Assembly: GCA_003990955.1 (NCBI GenBank)
Contig: BIFV01000008.1
Coordinates: forward strand, 93,066-117,065
DNA: 24,000 bases
Direction of reading: 5' to 3'
Source of the DNA: Sporomusaceae bacterium FL31
GTDB taxonomy: Bacteria > Bacillota > Negativicutes > DSM-1736 > Dendrosporobacteraceae
In this document: positions 23,641 to 24,000 of the stretch, one piece after another
How the letters are laid out: each line of letters begins with the position of its first letter
Position numbering within the stretch: the first letter of the stretch is position 1
Notes under the pieces: model-generated
Seen by the model: only the letters and a program-made list of their open reading frames with translations
Databases searched by the model: none
What the model was told of the DNA's origin: nothing
Translations under genes and position numbers: made by a program

Positions 23641-23662
23641 AAACCCGCTAAAATGCGGGTTT
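23641..23662 (-). other. Orphan GC-rich hairpin (terminator-like on the minus strand)
   Basis: AAACCCGC-TAAAAT-GCGGGTTT. On the minus strand it is followed by TCTGCTG (TTTTCT if the stem is counted as CCCGC/GCGGG). No obvious upstream minus-strand gene. Confidence 0.35.
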
Positions 23663-23751
23663 AGTTAGGCTTTCTTATTTACTCTATGTATCTTATAATT
23701 ATACTTTAGAGTATTTAATCTTACATAAAATCTAACGTTAGAAGGGCTATC

Positions 23752-24000
23752 ATGGACGAACAATATTATGAGAAGCTATTGAATATAAAAACTGCTGGGG
23801 AACAAAAAATATTCAATCAATCATCACACTACCATAGATATGAGCCAACATCTTATTCCGTATTAGAACTATTATCGACGCAATATGATTTCACAGCAGC
23901 CGATCATATCGTTGACTTTGGCTGTGGCAAAGGAAGACTTAACTTTTACCTAACTCACTTTTTTGACTCTACTGTCACAGGGATAGAAATGAATACCTTC
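23752..24000 (+). CDS. Class I SAM-dependent methyltransferase, N-terminal 83 codons (continues past the right edge)
   Basis: Not in the track because it is open-ended. GAAGGG lies 6 nt before the ATG. MDEQYYEKLLNIKTAGEQKIFNQSSHYHRYEPTSY...HIVDFGCGKGRLNFYL contains SAM-binding motif I (VDFGCGKGR). Confidence 0.75.
   Translation, partial: MDEQYYEKLLNIKTAGEQKIFNQSSHYHRYEPTSYSVLELLSTQYDFTAADHIVDFGCGKGRLNFYLTHFFDSTVTGIEMNTF

Noticed and set aside
1-24000. Search for CRISPR arrays, tRNA/rRNA genes, IS elements, integrases or known defence-system genes
   Set aside because: I saw no direct-repeat/spacer periodicity, cloverleaf-like segments, terminal inverted repeats flanking a transposase-like ORF, or nuclease/helicase/ATPase-type defence proteins. 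All large ORFs are accounted for by the families listed.

Overview
This 24-kb window is densely coding, mostly on the minus strand, with strong AGGAGG-type ribosome-binding sites (RBS). From left to right:

1. A two-partner secretion locus. tpsB encodes a ShlB/FhaC-type Omp85 transporter. It is followed by the first 992 codons of a filamentous-haemagglutinin-like TpsA exoprotein. That ORF runs off the left edge and is absent from the supplied ORF track.
2. Two back-to-back TetR-controlled efflux modules. One is TetR, a terminator, then an unknown small Cys-rich ORF, an RND adaptor, an RND pump and a Usp gene. The other, divergent, is TetR plus an SMR pump. Palindromic operators are recognisable for both.
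3. A DUF169-like gene with a divergent LysR regulator, and a small outer-membrane beta-barrel protein.
4. A 49-aa SspP-like small acid-soluble spore protein gene that falls below the ORF-track size cutoff, an unknown 108-aa protein, and an orphan ECF S-component.
5. A redox/oxidative-stress cluster: two nitroreductases, a VOC/glyoxalase-fold protein, an Isf-like Fe-S flavoprotein, the large-subunit catalase KatE and a BBE-like FAD oxidase.
6. A self-contained 29-aa hydrophobic-peptide transcription unit and the 5' end of a SAM-dependent methyltransferase gene.

Outer-membrane machinery sits beside an endospore SASP and Firmicute-style translation signals. I infer a diderm spore-forming Firmicute (Negativicutes/Sporomusaceae-like); this is not proven.

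I saw no tRNA/rRNA, CRISPR array, transposase/integrase or recognisable phage-defence genes. I cannot point to a clear novel multi-gene system. The best novelty candidates are:
- the small soluble ORF translationally coupled to the RND pump
- the tiny-peptide unit with a structured leader
- the unknown 108-aa protein
- the DUF169/LysR pair
- the truncated TpsA, whose C-terminal effector region lies outside the window

All family assignments come from reading motifs by eye. No database search was run.
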